Source of the DNA: Mobula hypostoma
Lineage: Eukaryota
Assembly (NCBI RefSeq): GCF_963921235.1
Contig: NC_086097.1
Span: forward strand, 209,934,001-209,998,000
Direction of reading: 5' to 3'
Length of the DNA stretch: 64,000 nucleotides
A program made the translations under genes and the position numbers. Positions 38,127 through 50,716 of the stretch are shown here, one piece after another. Numbering within the stretch: the first letter of the stretch is position 1; every line of letters begins with the position of its first letter. The notes under the pieces are model-generated. The model was given only the letters and a program-made list of their open reading frames with translations, did not search any database and had not been told where the DNA came from.

Positions 38127-39414
38127 AACCAATCATGTCCCTTCGACGGGATTTGCGAATTAAAAGTTTAATCTTGTGTATTCATGTAAAGAGAAACTAA
38201 ACAGCTAGCCTTTGTATTTTAAAAACTTTTGTGCTTCAACAGCCGAGTGGAACCAATCGATAGAACCAGTTTTAAGTGTGATTCTGAGTCAGGCTGGGTA
38301 ACGAAGGGAAGACTTGAAACCCTTATTAAAAACCTCGGACATAACTTCTTTGAACTTAACACGTTCCTGCATAACCTTCAGGCGAATAATCTTCGACAAT
38401 TCTAATCTTGCGACCATATCATGCCTCTTCGACTAGATTCGCGAATTAAGAGTTCCTTTATTTTAAATTCCTGAAAACAGATTATTACTATCTTGGTCTC
38501 TGATCGTTAGGAGGTCTAAACGTAGGAGATTTGTGAACTCGATCGATCATAGGCACAGACGTCAAAATCTCCAGAAATAATTCTTGCAAAAAATTCCACA
38601 GGATGATTACCTTCGATTAATTCTTCGAGAACCAGAACCCGTAGGTTGTTCCTTTTACTTCTATTTTCTAGGTCGATATCTTCTGTCTTAACTTTTCGTT
38701 GGACTTCAATTGCTTTTCACAAAACTTCTGCAATTCATCCACTTCCGTTTCCAGAGCCGACAAAATTTCCTAATTTTTAATACATTTATCGCGTTCATTA
38801 ATAGTTTGTTGAACAGAATCCAATTTACCGTCTATTTGTTTAAATTCAGTGCTGAATTGCTGAAACTTCTCAGAGGCTTCTCGTGTATGAGTTTGCAACA
38901 AATCCATAATACAATCCAAAGAAGCAGGAAGAGCATCCTTTTTAGTACTTCTGGCACTCCTTCCAGCCATAGTGAAAGAATATCACACTTAAAAAAGTTT
39001 CAAGACAGGTTGGAAATGGTAAGATAATTAGAGTTGGAGCAACGGTAGATTGCTGTTACTCCATCAGCCACCACCAGGAAAAATCGGCATTGCCTTTTGA
39101 TGATGTCCTTGATGCTGGGGAGGCTAGTGCCCATGACGGCATCGACTGAGTTTGCAACCCTCTACATCTTTTCCCAATCCTGTGCAGTCGCCCCTCCATA
39201 CCAGACAGTGAAGCAACTAGTTAGAATGCTCTCCACAGTACATCTATAGACATATACTAGTACTCTGAAAATAAATTTACTTTGGACTTTGAACTGTTTT
39301 GAATGCTAAAATTGGCCTAATCAGTAACCCTCGGTAGACCAAACCGAGCATTTTAATGATTTTTCTTTCCAGTCAAACACAAGGATATGACTGCACAGGC
39401 AGAACTCCAGGTTA

Positions 39415-40140
39415 TTTATCTCTCCCTCAATGTCACAAAAACAAAAGAGCTAGTTGTGGACTACAGGAGGAATGGAGACTGGCAAACCCCTATAGACATT
39501 AATAGAACTGGGGTTGAGAGGGTGAACAGCTTTAAGTTCCTCGGCATAAACATCACCGAGGATCTCACGCGGTCTGTAAATACCGGCTGTGTGGTGATAA
39601 AGGCACAACAATACCTCTTTCACTTCAGATGGCTGAAGAAGTTTGGTATGGCCCACCAACTTCTAAGAACTTTCTATAGGGGCATGATTGAGAGCATCCC
39701 GACTGGCTGTGTCATTGCCTGGTATGGGAACTGTACTTCCCTGAATTGCAGGACTCTGCAGAGAGTGGTGTGGACAGCCTAGCGCATCTGTAGATGTGAA
39801 CTTCCCACTGTTCCCACATTTACAAAGACAGGTGTGCAAGAAGGGCCTGAAGGATCATTGGAGAACCGAGTCACCCCAACCACAAACTGTTCTAGTTGCT
39901 GCCATCCGGGAAATGGTACCACAGCATAAAAGCTAGGATCAGGACAGCTTCTTCCACCAAGCCATCAGACTGCACAATTCATGCTGACACAACTGTATTT
40001 CTTTGTTATATTGACTGTCCTGTTCTACATAATATTTATTATAAATTACTATAATTGCGCATTGCACATTTAGGCAGAGACATAACGTAAAGATTTTTAC
40101 TCATGTATATGAAGGATGTAAGTAATAAAGTCAATTCAAT
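39415..40140 (+). mobile_element. Rex1/Babar-like LINE 3' end
   Basis: LSLNVTKTKELVVDYRR...VERVNSFKFLGINI; aataaagtcaattcaat tail. Confidence 0.85.
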
Positions 40141-40694
40141 ATTTTTCCTCTTCTTGACTAATCATCTCTATAAATCTAACAGTCCCAAATTCACATGGAA
40201 TGTTTCAAACAAATTCACAAATTTTCTTACTTTCAAGATTGGTCGCATATATGATCAGAACTGACCTGTGTTTAAGACAACTTATGCAGCTCATCTGCAC
40301 GAAACCAAACTCCTTTGAAATAGTACAGCAAATTATTCCTGTCTACAATTTCTTTTCCTTTTTTTCTCTCAATTATTTTAGCTAAGGAAGCATTTCTCTT
40401 GCAGATTCTTAGCTATTCTCCCTACTCTAAAAATGTCCATTACATCTACAATATCCACTATATATTCTCACAATCTAATCATTACTCAGTTTCAATTTAA
40501 TTAACAACTTTGAGATTTCTCGACAAGAAAACATTTTTAATGGTTCCTAATTTTTAACTGTTTCCTCTAATCACCACCCTCTTTCTACATGAGATCTCTG
40601 AATATCTCATCATCCCACAGCTTTGTATCTATTCCACTCCACACATGGATCTTTTCAGCACCCTTACACCCTTTCTGCATCAATAAAAATGGTT

Positions 40695-41866
40695 TGAAAT
40701 CATATTCAGTCACAAAGGTGAGTTATCCATTCTTTTCCTTTTCATTGTATTCAACAATGTCACAAAATGCCCTTGAACAGTCCATTGCTATCAGACCAAT
40801 TTCTATAATGATTCAGGTGGCAGACTGCTACCCTGACATTCTCCTGTAAAATGTTTTGATACAATTTTGAATTCATTGTTCTGTCAATGATTGTAAGCTG
40901 TCCAGGCCCTGAGGCTGCAAAACAGCCCCAAACCATGATGCTCCTCCCATAATGTTTTGCAGTTGGGATGAGGCTTTGATGTTGATCTGCAGTGCACTTT
41001 TTCCTCCAAACATGGTGGTGTGCATTTCTGCCAAGAAGTTCAACTTTTGTCTCATCTGTCCACAGAATATTGTCCCAGGAGTGTTGTAGAACATCTAGGT
41101 GGTCTTTGCAAACTTGAGATGTTCAGCAATTTTTGTCTTTTGGAGAGCAATGGTTTCCTCCATGGTGCCCTTCCACGAACACCATTCTTGTTCGGTGTTT
41201 TTCTTATAGGGGATACATGAACAGAGACTTTAGCAAGTTCTAGAGATTTTCTGCAGGTCTTTTGCTGTTATTCTTAGGTTCTTTTTCATCTCCTTCAGCA
41301 TTGCATATTGTGCTCTTGGTGTGATCTCTGCAGGATGCCCATTCCTAGGGAGAGTAGCAACAGCACTGAGTTTCCTCCATTTGTAGACTATTTCTCTTAC
41401 TGCAGACTGATGAACACTCAGGTCTTTAGAAATACTTCTGTAGCCTTTTCCAGCTTCATGCATCTCTACAATTCTAAGGCCCTCTGAAAGTTGTTTTGAT
41501 CAAGGCATAGTGCATATGAACAGATCTTTCCTGAGAAGTGCAGGCTCTGTCAGTAACCTGATAGGGCAAGGCACCTCAACAATCTACACCGCCAACTCAC
41601 CTCATTAACTGGAACACCTAACTCCAAATAGCCTTTGTAGAAGGCACTACCCCTGAGGTTCACATACTTCTTTGAACCAGGACTGTGATTGTTTAAATGG
41701 TGTACTCAATATCGACAAAAATAAGTACAATTGTTCGTGTGGTTAGTTTCAACAGATTGCGTTTATCTATTATTGTGACTTAGATGAAGATCAGACCACA
41801 TTTTATGAGTGATGAATGCAGAAAACCAAGTATTATAAAGGGTACACAAACTTTTTCTTGCAACTG
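40695..41866 (-). mobile_element. Tc1-family transposon, truncated, with a degenerate transposase
   Basis: Minus-strand TIR cagttgcaagaaaaag flanked by TA at 41867-41868. Peptides HEAGKGYRSISKDL...IVYKWRK and the WTDETKVEL/HGGSIMVWGC region in shifted frames. Confidence 0.8.
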
Positions 41867-42059
41867 TATATTTCAAATTAATATAAAACATTTTGCTAAA
41901 CTTGAGATGGCCTATTATATTATACATTCTGTAACTCTGAAACAAAGTTCACCAAAATTTAATGCAAGATCATGTCTTTTCCAATAGAATTTTTCCACCA
42001 CAAACACAATTTTGGTTAGGGAAATATTAAACTGACATTAAAGAATTAAAATTGCCTAC

Positions 42060-42384
42060 CATGCCAGATAGTTGCATGTCCATCCCAAAGAGTTGCCAAA
42101 GTCTTCCTTGCACCATCCCAAACATTATTTGAATAAGCTTCTTTCAACTCCCTCTTTCTTTTATATACATGTAGAAAAAGAATCGAAAGGTACAGGAATA
42201 GTATAATAAACAGTGGGAGGATGAAGACAATAACGAGGGGAGTGAAGACCCACAAGAGATAATCCAGGTAATTCAAGGAGCCTTCCAGGATTTCCAAGCC
42301 AGTCCATTTCTCCACTATCGTAATCAAGTAGGAAACAAAACTTCCATTTTGTCCTTCCACGTAGGATTCATCAGCAGCAGCCAT
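42060..42384 (-). CDS. TMEM68: TMEM68 coding exon 1 (start Met and transmembrane hairpin)
   Basis: ATG at 42384; 325 nt to donor CATG|gtaggc. Peptide MAAADESY...LLWVFTPLVIVFILP...HVYKRKRELKEAYSNNVWDGARKTLATLWDGHATIWHG. The likely acceptor ttttcctatag| gives an exon start at 42478. Confidence 0.95.
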
Positions 42385-45334
42385 ATCAAATATCAAACAT
42401 CAGTGCAGGAACTGTGTTTGGGAATCATTATGGCAGGTAATGATGCACCTTCCCAGGTCTAAAACATGTCTTGGCCAACTATAGGAAAAGGAAAAAAAAA
42501 TTGAATGTTTACAAACTACACCTTGCAAAGCTAAGCTGCAGTTTAATATTAAACAGAAGGAAATATGTAGAATTGTCAGGTTTTTTTACCTCTTTCGCTG
42601 TATAAACTTCCACAAAGTTGACTGCCACAACATAACCATACTAGAATCCACAGAGAACTAGAAATTTTTAGTGGATAAAGAACATGGAAAAGTGGAGGGA
42701 CAAGTTTAGTACATGAGAACAATGGAATCTGGAGTGAATGAAAGTGTTTGCAGTTCCACAGCAACAACAAAAGTTTAGACAATAATTGAAAGGAACAATA
42801 AGGTCGATGGTAAAGTAACAGGAAAATGATGTTTTATAAATATTCACTTAACTTGTATGTTTTCAGTGTGTACTATTGTATTTAACATTAGGAGTCTATG
42901 GATTGCCTTAGCAATTGAACTTTCAGAAATATTTGTGAGCATCATAGATATCTGGTTCAACGAGGTAGTTTCACTAAGTGTCAAAGCAATCAGTAATGTC
43001 CTGTGGTGCACAGAACCCCCAATTATCGCTTCAGTGCAGGATTCTTTGTAAGTCGTTGCATGGGACCTGTTGAGTTAACAGTTTTGATTAGCAGCTTCAA
43101 AAAAATTGCAGGCTTGCATGAAAGCGTTACTTTAAACCAACTATGCAGCTCATTCTAGAACCAGTGGCTTTAACTTTTGCTGTAATCCCATCCATCTTTA
43201 GATATGTTCTAAACTAATCTATGAGGTACAACACATTAAAATATTTGCATCTGCTTCTTCTCGTACCAGACAGCAAAACTAAGCCTCCAATTTAGCCCCT
43301 CTAAAGCTTCAAAATAATTCCACTGTATGGGGACTAGTCAGTGTTACACAGATTATCCACAAATTCATCAATACTGCTTTCATAACCTGCTATTAATCTT
43401 TTACAATCTGCAATCCCCATAAACGTGAATTCACAGGTTTACCACGGATGTTTACAACGGAATTGATGTTTTACAACGGATAAATTCCATGATACTTGCT
43501 CTCCCACAAGACCAATTTTAGATAGTTTTTGTTATCTTTAGCCAGCATGCACCAGCATACTTTGCCTTATATTGAATATCATCTGCCATTTTTGGTCGCC
43601 CTTTCTTATTAATATCAGAATTTTACAGCACCTCTAGAGAAATGACTGGGCCTATTTCACTATCACTTTGGTATTATTTTACTTAGTTAAAAATAAGTGA
43701 GTGGTGCTGAATTAAGAATAGTTGCTTTAATATTGCAATGACTTCTAGTCCACAGAGAAACTTTGGAAAAAATAACTCCAATACTTTTGTGCAGTATATC
43801 ACATGCACGTTTCTGAACACATTATACATGCCTTTTCATAAAAGAAAGCGGTATTAACCAATGATGAAAATTCTTCACAGCCAACCAACTCGACTGAGCA
43901 TACTATGATTGCGAAAATATTAAGGTCCAATGCAAACAAGAATGAATGTATTATGACAGAAAGGTGACATCTCAAACTAGATATGCTAAACAGAAATATA
44001 ATAATAAATTGCATCTTCCTCCTGCGAGCTGCTGTTTCAAACACATGGGGGTGGAAAAAGTGAACACCATAATGGAGCTGAAAATAGGTCACCGACAAAA
44101 TTTCTTTTAAATTTGAAAGAAAAACAAGAGAATAACTGTGAGATGTGAGATTCCAAAGAGCAACGTATCATGAAATGTATCAAGTGATAGGATCTACAAG
44201 AGGAAATCATGACTAATAATCACTGAAGATCGAGGTAGGAGGAGTGACTAAAACTTAGCCAGGATGAGACCAAAAGGACAAATGAAAGGAATACTCTTAT
44301 TGTCCCAGATGCAGTCGATGGAATATGGAAGCAGAGTGGCTTAGCTTTATTCGTAACGTACAGCAAGCATGAAATTTGGTTTCCACAGTAGCTGGAGGTG
44401 GGTGATGAAACAGAGGATAAGGAAAACATTGCCAATAACTTTGCAGCTTTAGTTTTGATACCATTTTAGTAGATTACATTTGGATGCTAGTGAAAACCTA
44501 ATATGACCTAAAACCTAATCAGCATAAAATTAAAATCACTAATGCAGAATCCCAGATTTATACATCACCTAATATCAACTATTGGCCACTAGTACAGAAA
44601 TTTAATTTTTCTTTTAATATAGTTAGATATAGAATCAGTATGTTGTTTATAGTGAAGCCAACAAAAACTGGGTCTAATGGGTTGATTGCAATGCATTTTT
44701 CTTCTTAAAACTTCAAAATTTTTGCAAGGCACTCTTAAGAAAAAGCATGTAAATGTTAACAAATTGTCACTTCAATAATCACAGAATGCTGCAGCACAGC
44801 AACAAGTTATTTGTCTGATCAAGCCTACTCATCTAATCTAGAAACTGTCCAATTCCCTTCAAAACTGGCCTTGAATGTAACTATTCTTTGTAGTATAAAC
44901 CAATCACCCCCCTCTTGATTATCTAAAGACTGCAACAATTTCCACTCTTAATTTTTCATTAGCGTCAACACTTTCAAATGCTGTAATGTTATTACAGCTG
45001 TGTATTTCTAGTTCTGAGCTAATTTATCACACGGAGTGGAGTGGTGTTATGGCATTTTTTTGTTGTTGCTGAAGGTCAAATATACAAGATTTAAATGCAA
45101 TGTTAACATATATTTATATTATGGTGCCACCAATTCATCTAATGCTTTTCGGGATCATTGTTTGAAGGGTGAACAGTGGTGAATAGCATTATTATAGTTA
45201 ATTAGAATAAAAAACAATCTTCAGAAAATAAGAGCTAGATACAATTTAACTTCCTGGTTTTGGCACATTGTTAAAGGCATATCCCGGCCACTTAATGTAC
45301 AGTTCAGGACAGGACTTGGAAATTTCTAAAGATG

Positions 45335-45935
45335 TATCATGGAGAACATTCTGACTGGCTGCATCACCGTTTGGCATGGGGGTGGGAGGGCTGTGAAGAT
45401 TGGTACTGCACAGGATTGAAGTAAACTGGAGAGTAGCAGCAAAATTAGTCAGCTCCATCATGGATACTAGCTTTTGTAGTACCCAAGGACATCTTCAAGG
45501 AACGGTGCCTCAAAAAGGTGCTGTCCATTATTAAGGATCTCCACCATCCAGGACAAGCCCTCTTCTCATTGTTACCATCAATCTGTAAATGACAGTATTC
45601 CTGAGTCTCCACCCAGGACCTGCATGACTGACAGTAGTGAAAACTGAGCTACTGACATGATGAAGGAATCCTTGAGCACTGTCAGAGATGGAGGACCTTC
45701 ATTGCTGCCCTAAACACCAGTGGCATAATAGGCAGGAGGTTACTTATTATTATTTTGTATTTGCACAGATTGTCGTCCTTTGAATATTGGTTGTTTGTCA
45801 GTCTTTGCATTTAGCTTTTCATTGATTCAACTGTATTTCTTTATTCTACTGTGAGCCCTAAAAGAAGAAGAATCTTAGGGTAGTACTGTATATGGTGACA
45901 TATACATACTTCGATAATAAATTCTCTTTGAACTT
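45335..45935 (+). mobile_element. Degenerate Rex1-like 3' fragment with an inserted RTE-like tail
   Basis: MENILTGCITVW-like peptide; ccttcattgctgccctaaacaccagtggc RTE-type tail at about 45697-45730; aataaattctctttgaactt tail. Confidence 0.5.
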
Positions 45936-46309
45936 TAATTATTTATTATTATCCTTATGTTGACAGATTATAAATTGTCTGAGAGTGAGATTCTGTTGAA
46001 TCTTCTTGGACTCTCCCTCCTCTGAAGGTGTTCTATGAGTAGACTTTTATAATTTCCAGTTAGCTTTCATGTGGCTCAATTTTAGGCAGTCACAACAGAT
46101 GCAAATAGTAAAAGATCACAGGTTACCAAATACATCTTTATCCAAGTTTAACAATGCAGACGAGTCCAACTTTCTTTCCATGAGTATTAGTCTTTCAGGT
46201 TCTGCTCTTCCAAACTAGACAAATGCAAGGAAATTTGAATGAATTGATACAAAATACAAGTCCAGAGGTCTTAATCTAGCAAGCATCACACCAAATAACC
46301 CTTTGCCAC

Positions 46310-46430
46310 CTTCTTATAGCTTCTGCCCTCTTCCTTTCCAGTCTTGATTAAAGCAGTCATATTGACTGCTTATTCCTCTCCACAGATGCTACCTGACGTG
46401 CTGAGTTCCTCCAGCATTTTGTGGGTGTTA
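46310..46430 (+). mobile_element. Degenerate Penelope-like pLTR
   Basis: cctttccagtcttgatta...ttgactgc...cacagatgctacctgacgtgctgagttcctccagcattttgtg; the hammerhead core is eroded. Confidence 0.55.
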
Positions 46431-47182
46431 CCAAGAAATTTGAAACGTGTTTGCTAACAATGGAATGTTCATGAAAGATACCGTACATTTCTTACTTCAG
46501 TAGAAACTAATATACCTCAAGTTTCAAAAACAGGAATCACCCACCTCAAGAATATCTATTTTTGATAAATATGCAGTTATTTATTCTAGGCATAGGTTTA
46601 GAAGTCATTGTACTTGGCACCGAGAAACTATGTAAGTGCAAAGTATTTTGTTTACGTACCAGAAAATACAAAATTTACCAATTTTTGCAAACTATTTGTT
46701 ATACATAAAGGAAATTAAGCACATTTTGGCATTTAATTGCAATATATTTTTAAAACATAAACACTCCTTGATGCAAGCTTTGCACTAGACGGATAGAAGT
46801 ACGACACACACACCTGCGAACAGCCTCTAGAAACAAATGCACTGACTATTTTGACCGTTCTGAGTAACTGAGATGACGACTATTAGATAGATCGTGCTTC
46901 TATTTTGCAGCGAATATTTAGCTTGTTCAAGTAACTACCTGATCTACCTTTCCCCTCTCCAGCTTGGAGGCGGAATAATTAAAGATTAAGTTATTCTCAT
47001 TTTTTTTAAGAAAATGCTCTGAAAAACCTGTTGCCCTCTGAACCATTTACCCAGCCCTCCCACTCTGCTTGACACCGTGCCTCCTATGAGTTCTTCCACC
47101 ATTCCAAATCTATGAATTTCCATTCAAGGAGCATCACGTTTGCCACAGCAGAAGTCAGTCCCTTCCGAGACCCGTCCCTTAC

Positions 47183-47300
47183 CTCAAAGCCCAAATTCTG
47201 CGTGGCTGCTGCCTCCACTGCCAGGCGCTAACCGCCACTCTCCACTTTATCGGGGAACTCCGGCGGCAGAACGCTTCCGGTGGAAAAAAATCCTTCAGCT
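47183..47300 (-). other. TMEM68: Putative non-coding first exon of TMEM68 (5' boundary approximate)
   Basis: Strong minus-strand donor GAG|gtaagg at 47183/47182 inside the CpG island, upstream of the 42478 acceptor. Confidence 0.6.
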
Positions 47301-47491
47301 GGGAGGGGGTGTGAGGCGAGCGCACTGACCTCACTCACCGGAAGTAGGCTGTGAGGGAGGAACCAGACGGGGACTGCACGGACCGCTCCGATGCACCGGA
47401 AGTTGGTGCTGACTGTCAGGAAGCGGGTGTGGGCTGTGCGAGGTGAACAAACCGGAGGCGTAGTCAGGGTGTTGTTGAGATGCGATGCACC

Positions 47492-47595
47492 ATGTGCGAT
47501 AACTGGAGCACTGTGGCGGAGATCTTCCTCTTCTTGGAAGGCTTCAGCGCTGAGGCAGGGCAGATCCGCTGTTTTTGCAGTAGGGCCTTTGTGCA
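47492..47595 (+). CDS. TGS1: TGS1 coding exon 1 (MCDNWSTVAEIFLFLEGFSAEAGQIRCFCSRAFV)
   Basis: Kozak-context gcaccATGt; donor CA|gtaagt. Matches the vertebrate TGS1 N-terminus (MCxxWxxVAExFLF...CxCSRAFV). An in-frame upstream ATG exists at 47480. Confidence 0.92.
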
Positions 47596-48825
47596 GTAAG
47601 TCGGTGGTGTTGGTGTGTGGCTCGCGATTACTAACCGTGTTGTGGTGGGTTCTGACGGTAGAAGTGATCCGAATAAATGTTTTGGGTGTTATATTTTTCG
47701 GTGAGTGGAAGAAAAACGATTGTTTAGGTGTCAAAAATTACAATTTTATCGATTTAAATGAGGTTCAAACTTGAGGTAAATGAAACGATTGCATTCGATC
47801 GCCAAAAGATTATTCAGAGCCCGGAGTTTTCAGTGTCTCGCATTCCAATTAAAAAAAAAGTTTCTGGAACATAGTTCAGTATCTTCTTACCTGAGTTATT
47901 TGGTCAAAACACTCTGCCTTTCTGATCTCCTCAAAATTTCTCCGACATTTAACAATGAATGACATGTTTTTTCTACTGGTGACCTTCTCAGAGTTTGTAT
48001 TTTAGCTCGGTGAGTTGTATCAGTGGATGACATGCCTCCCTATCCTTTTTGCCGTGACGTAGAATCCCCATTAATGTCAGAATCTTGCTGGATGTAAATG
48101 TGGGGCTGAACCCAACCTACCCCTTGATTCAACAATTGGAGTATTAAAATTGCACATTTTAAATGTCATCACGCAGCAAAACGTTAGTATTTTCAGAGAA
48201 CTAATCTTTTCTCATCAGAGTTGTATGATGTTGAGCTCCAACCTTTGCCCAATTATTGAAAAATTGTTTGCCTCTGGTGCTGAAAGAATTCAAATCAGTG
48301 GGGTAAATTCCCAAGAAAGCTTGATAATATGTATTTTTCTGCAAGATTGTTAATACTATCTACAAAGCAAATTAAAATAAGAATTTTCAGCCATTTCTGC
48401 TTTTATTGGACCTTAGGAATGGTGCAGAAATGTTACAGTTTTCCATATATACAGACTGCTTGCTGAGATAAGCATGATTTGTAGAACTAATTTTCAAGTA
48501 GTCTAGCCTCACTTAGGGAAAACCATAATTCTATAAATATATTCTTTTGTTTAAAGGCTGTCTTCTAGCTTTTAGTGCGTTCTGTAAATGGATCCCTTTA
48601 ATCTATGCTCGTCCATGTTTCTAAATTTTTTCATCATAATCTACCCCCCCCCCCATTAGGCCATTGCTTCATTGTGCAAGAACACTTGAGACTGCTATAG
48701 GCATTGATCATTAAGATACATGTATCACAAGATCTGATTTGGTATTTCTAACCAGTCCTCCATCTGGGTTTTTTAAAAATGCCTTATTAAAGAGTTAACT
48801 TCTGGATTTATACAGTTCATCTAGG

Positions 48826-49183
48826 TATGTGCCTTGTCTTATGATGTGGGCGATCATGGTCTTTCCATGACCACGATTGTTCTTGGCAAATTTTTCTACA
48901 GAAGTGGTTTGCCATTGCCACCTTCTGGGCAGTGTCTTTACAAGACGGGTGACTGCGGCCATTATTAATACCCTTAAGAGTTTGTCTGCCTGGTGTCAGT
49001 GGTCACATAACCAGGGCTTGTGATGTCCCCCAGCTGCTCCTATGAACATCCACCATGTGCTCTCACATGACCTTGATGGGGGCAGGGGCTAGGCAGGTGC
49101 TACACCTTGCCCAAGGATGACCTGCAGGCAAGCAGAGGGAAGGAGTGTCTTACACTTCTTTTGGTACAGGTGTATCTTCACCC
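48826..49183 (-). mobile_element. SINE-like repeat with RTE/BovB-type sequence
   Basis: ttcttggcaaatttttctacagaagtggtttgccattgcc motif; a truncated second copy lies at about 19826-19935. Confidence 0.55.
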
Positions 49184-49529
49184 CAAATCTAGGTATGAAG
49201 AGTTCTAAAAAAATTCATTATCATAGTTATACAACACAGAAACAGCCCATTTGCTTCAACTCATCGATGCCAATCAAGTTAACTACCTGAGTTAGTTCTA
49301 TTTGCCTTTGTTTGCCCTATGTCTCTACAAATCTTTAAATTTCAGAGTGACTGTTTCAATCATGTACATTATGTGATCACCTTAGTTTTGACTATTCAAG
49401 TTTTGTTTGCCACCATTTGGTAAATTTTGTTCTACTGATGCCGGGAAAAAAAGTCCCTTGTACTACAAAGTGGTCGTAGTGTTCCTATATACAGGTAAAA
49501 TCAGGGTGGTGCAGATTTGTTCAATAGCC

Positions 49530-50020
49530 CGACCTTTGAAATGAATTAGATGTTCTTGAACTTGGTGCTGTCGGACTTCAGGCTTCTTTGCCTTCCGTGC
49601 AGTGGTAGCTGTGAAAAGGTACTCTTGCCCAGATGGTGCAGATCTTTGATAGATTTTGGCTTCTTAAGGCAGTACCTCATATAGGTGAAAAAAACCAGTG
49701 GTGGGGAAGGATGTGCCCATCGTGTATTCCTGATGTTTTTTGTGTTCATACTCGTTCGAGCATGCTGTACCAGGTCATGATGCTTGTGACGTGCTAAACC
49801 TTCCTTAAGCTTCAAAAATAAGTAAGCAACACTGGCAGACCTTCCCAGTGATGGCATCTATGTACTTGGCCCAGGGCAGGTCATTTGAAATATTAATTCC
49901 CAGGAATTTAAAGGTGCTGACTCTCTCCACCACCAACCCTCCCCACCCTGTAAACTGGCACATGTTTGCCCTCCTGCTTCCTGAAGTCAACAATCAGTTC
50001 TTTAATTTTATTGATGTTGG
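49530..50020 (-). mobile_element. Rex1/Babar-like LINE fragment
   Basis: VERVSTFKFLGINISNDLPW peptide. Confidence 0.65.
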
Positions 50021-50350
50021 ATCAGCTCCATTGAAATAAATGGGTTGGGCAATACCTGTGTCCCCTTGTTTAAATGGAGAATTCAGGATACAGGCACAGA
50101 AAATTGTCCTACCATTGAATTCCAGGAGGTCTATATTGAGTACAACGGGCTTTCCGGTGACTGACAACTGACAGCAATTTCAGGACTTGCACGAGGTCTT
50201 GGATGGAAATGCTGAAGTTGCTGACAGTCCACCCCCACAAAAACAATCAGAAATGTGCTTGCAGACAATAACAATGAGATTAGAATTAGAACATGCCATA
50301 AACTTGCTTTGACATATGCCTGCATTTAGCTTGTCTTGAATTTCTTTCAG

Positions 50351-50412
50351 TGATCGAGAGCTTTATCGAATGGGATTAAAAGGAACATTTCATACCAATG
50401 AAGATAATGGAG
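50351..50412 (+). CDS. TGS1: TGS1 coding exon 2 (HDRELYRMGLKGTFHTNEDNG)
   Basis: Acceptor tttctttcag|, donor GAG|gtaaat; 62 nt; phases 2 and 1 join exons 1 and 3. DRxLYxxGLKG motif. Confidence 0.92.
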
Positions 50413-50716
50413 GTAAATCATTAAATATTTGATTTAAGAATAAAAATTGCTTGCAATTTCTCTAGTTTTTTTTCCCAGTAGTGTTTTTGTTTTGGTGCCT
50501 TTTTCAAGTTACTTTTTAGGACTTCTGGAATGTTCTTTTTGTTAGCATGATGTTAAACAAACTTATCAGGCATAGAAACAGAAAATGCTGCCACATTCTT
50601 TGGAAAAAGAAACTCAAATGTTTCAGGTTTGAGATCCTTATTCAGGTTTATAAAATCATGAGGGATGCTTTTAGTCAGTAAAGGAGTTGAAAACTGAAGG
50701 TGTATGTTGAAGGTGA

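Larger units (their letters stand above)
31129..39085 (-). mobile_element. Near-full-length L1-clade LINE, degenerate, inserted in a Rex1 copy
   Basis: 13-bp TSD ggcattgcctttt at 31116-31128 and 39086-39098. ORF1 about 38970-38206 (coiled coil, DLENRSKRNNLRV). ORF2 has the APE region (about 36600-35900), RT (KAPGPDEF, YRPISLLNVDTKILSKVL, SLDAEKAF, RQGCPLSPLLF) and the C-terminus (HMFWTCP). Rex1 sequence continues on both sides. Confidence 0.88.
47150..47720. promoter_or_regulatory. CpG-rich bidirectional promoter shared by TMEM68 (-) and TGS1 (+)
   Basis: Local CpG/GC enrichment in non-repeat sequence. ETS/GABPA-type CCGGAAG motifs at 47274-47280 (-), 47338-47345 and 47395-47403. TGS1 ATG at 47492; TMEM68 donor at 47182. 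Confidence 0.85.

Noticed and set aside
43799..44460. Short minus-strand ORFs in TMEM68 intron 1 as possible extra exons
   Set aside because: No recognisable homology, and the TMEM68 CDS is complete without them.
47140..47774. ORFs of 62-168 aa across the CpG island
   Set aside because: Stop-poor GC-rich sequence; the real coding frame is TGS1 exon 1 at 47492-47595.
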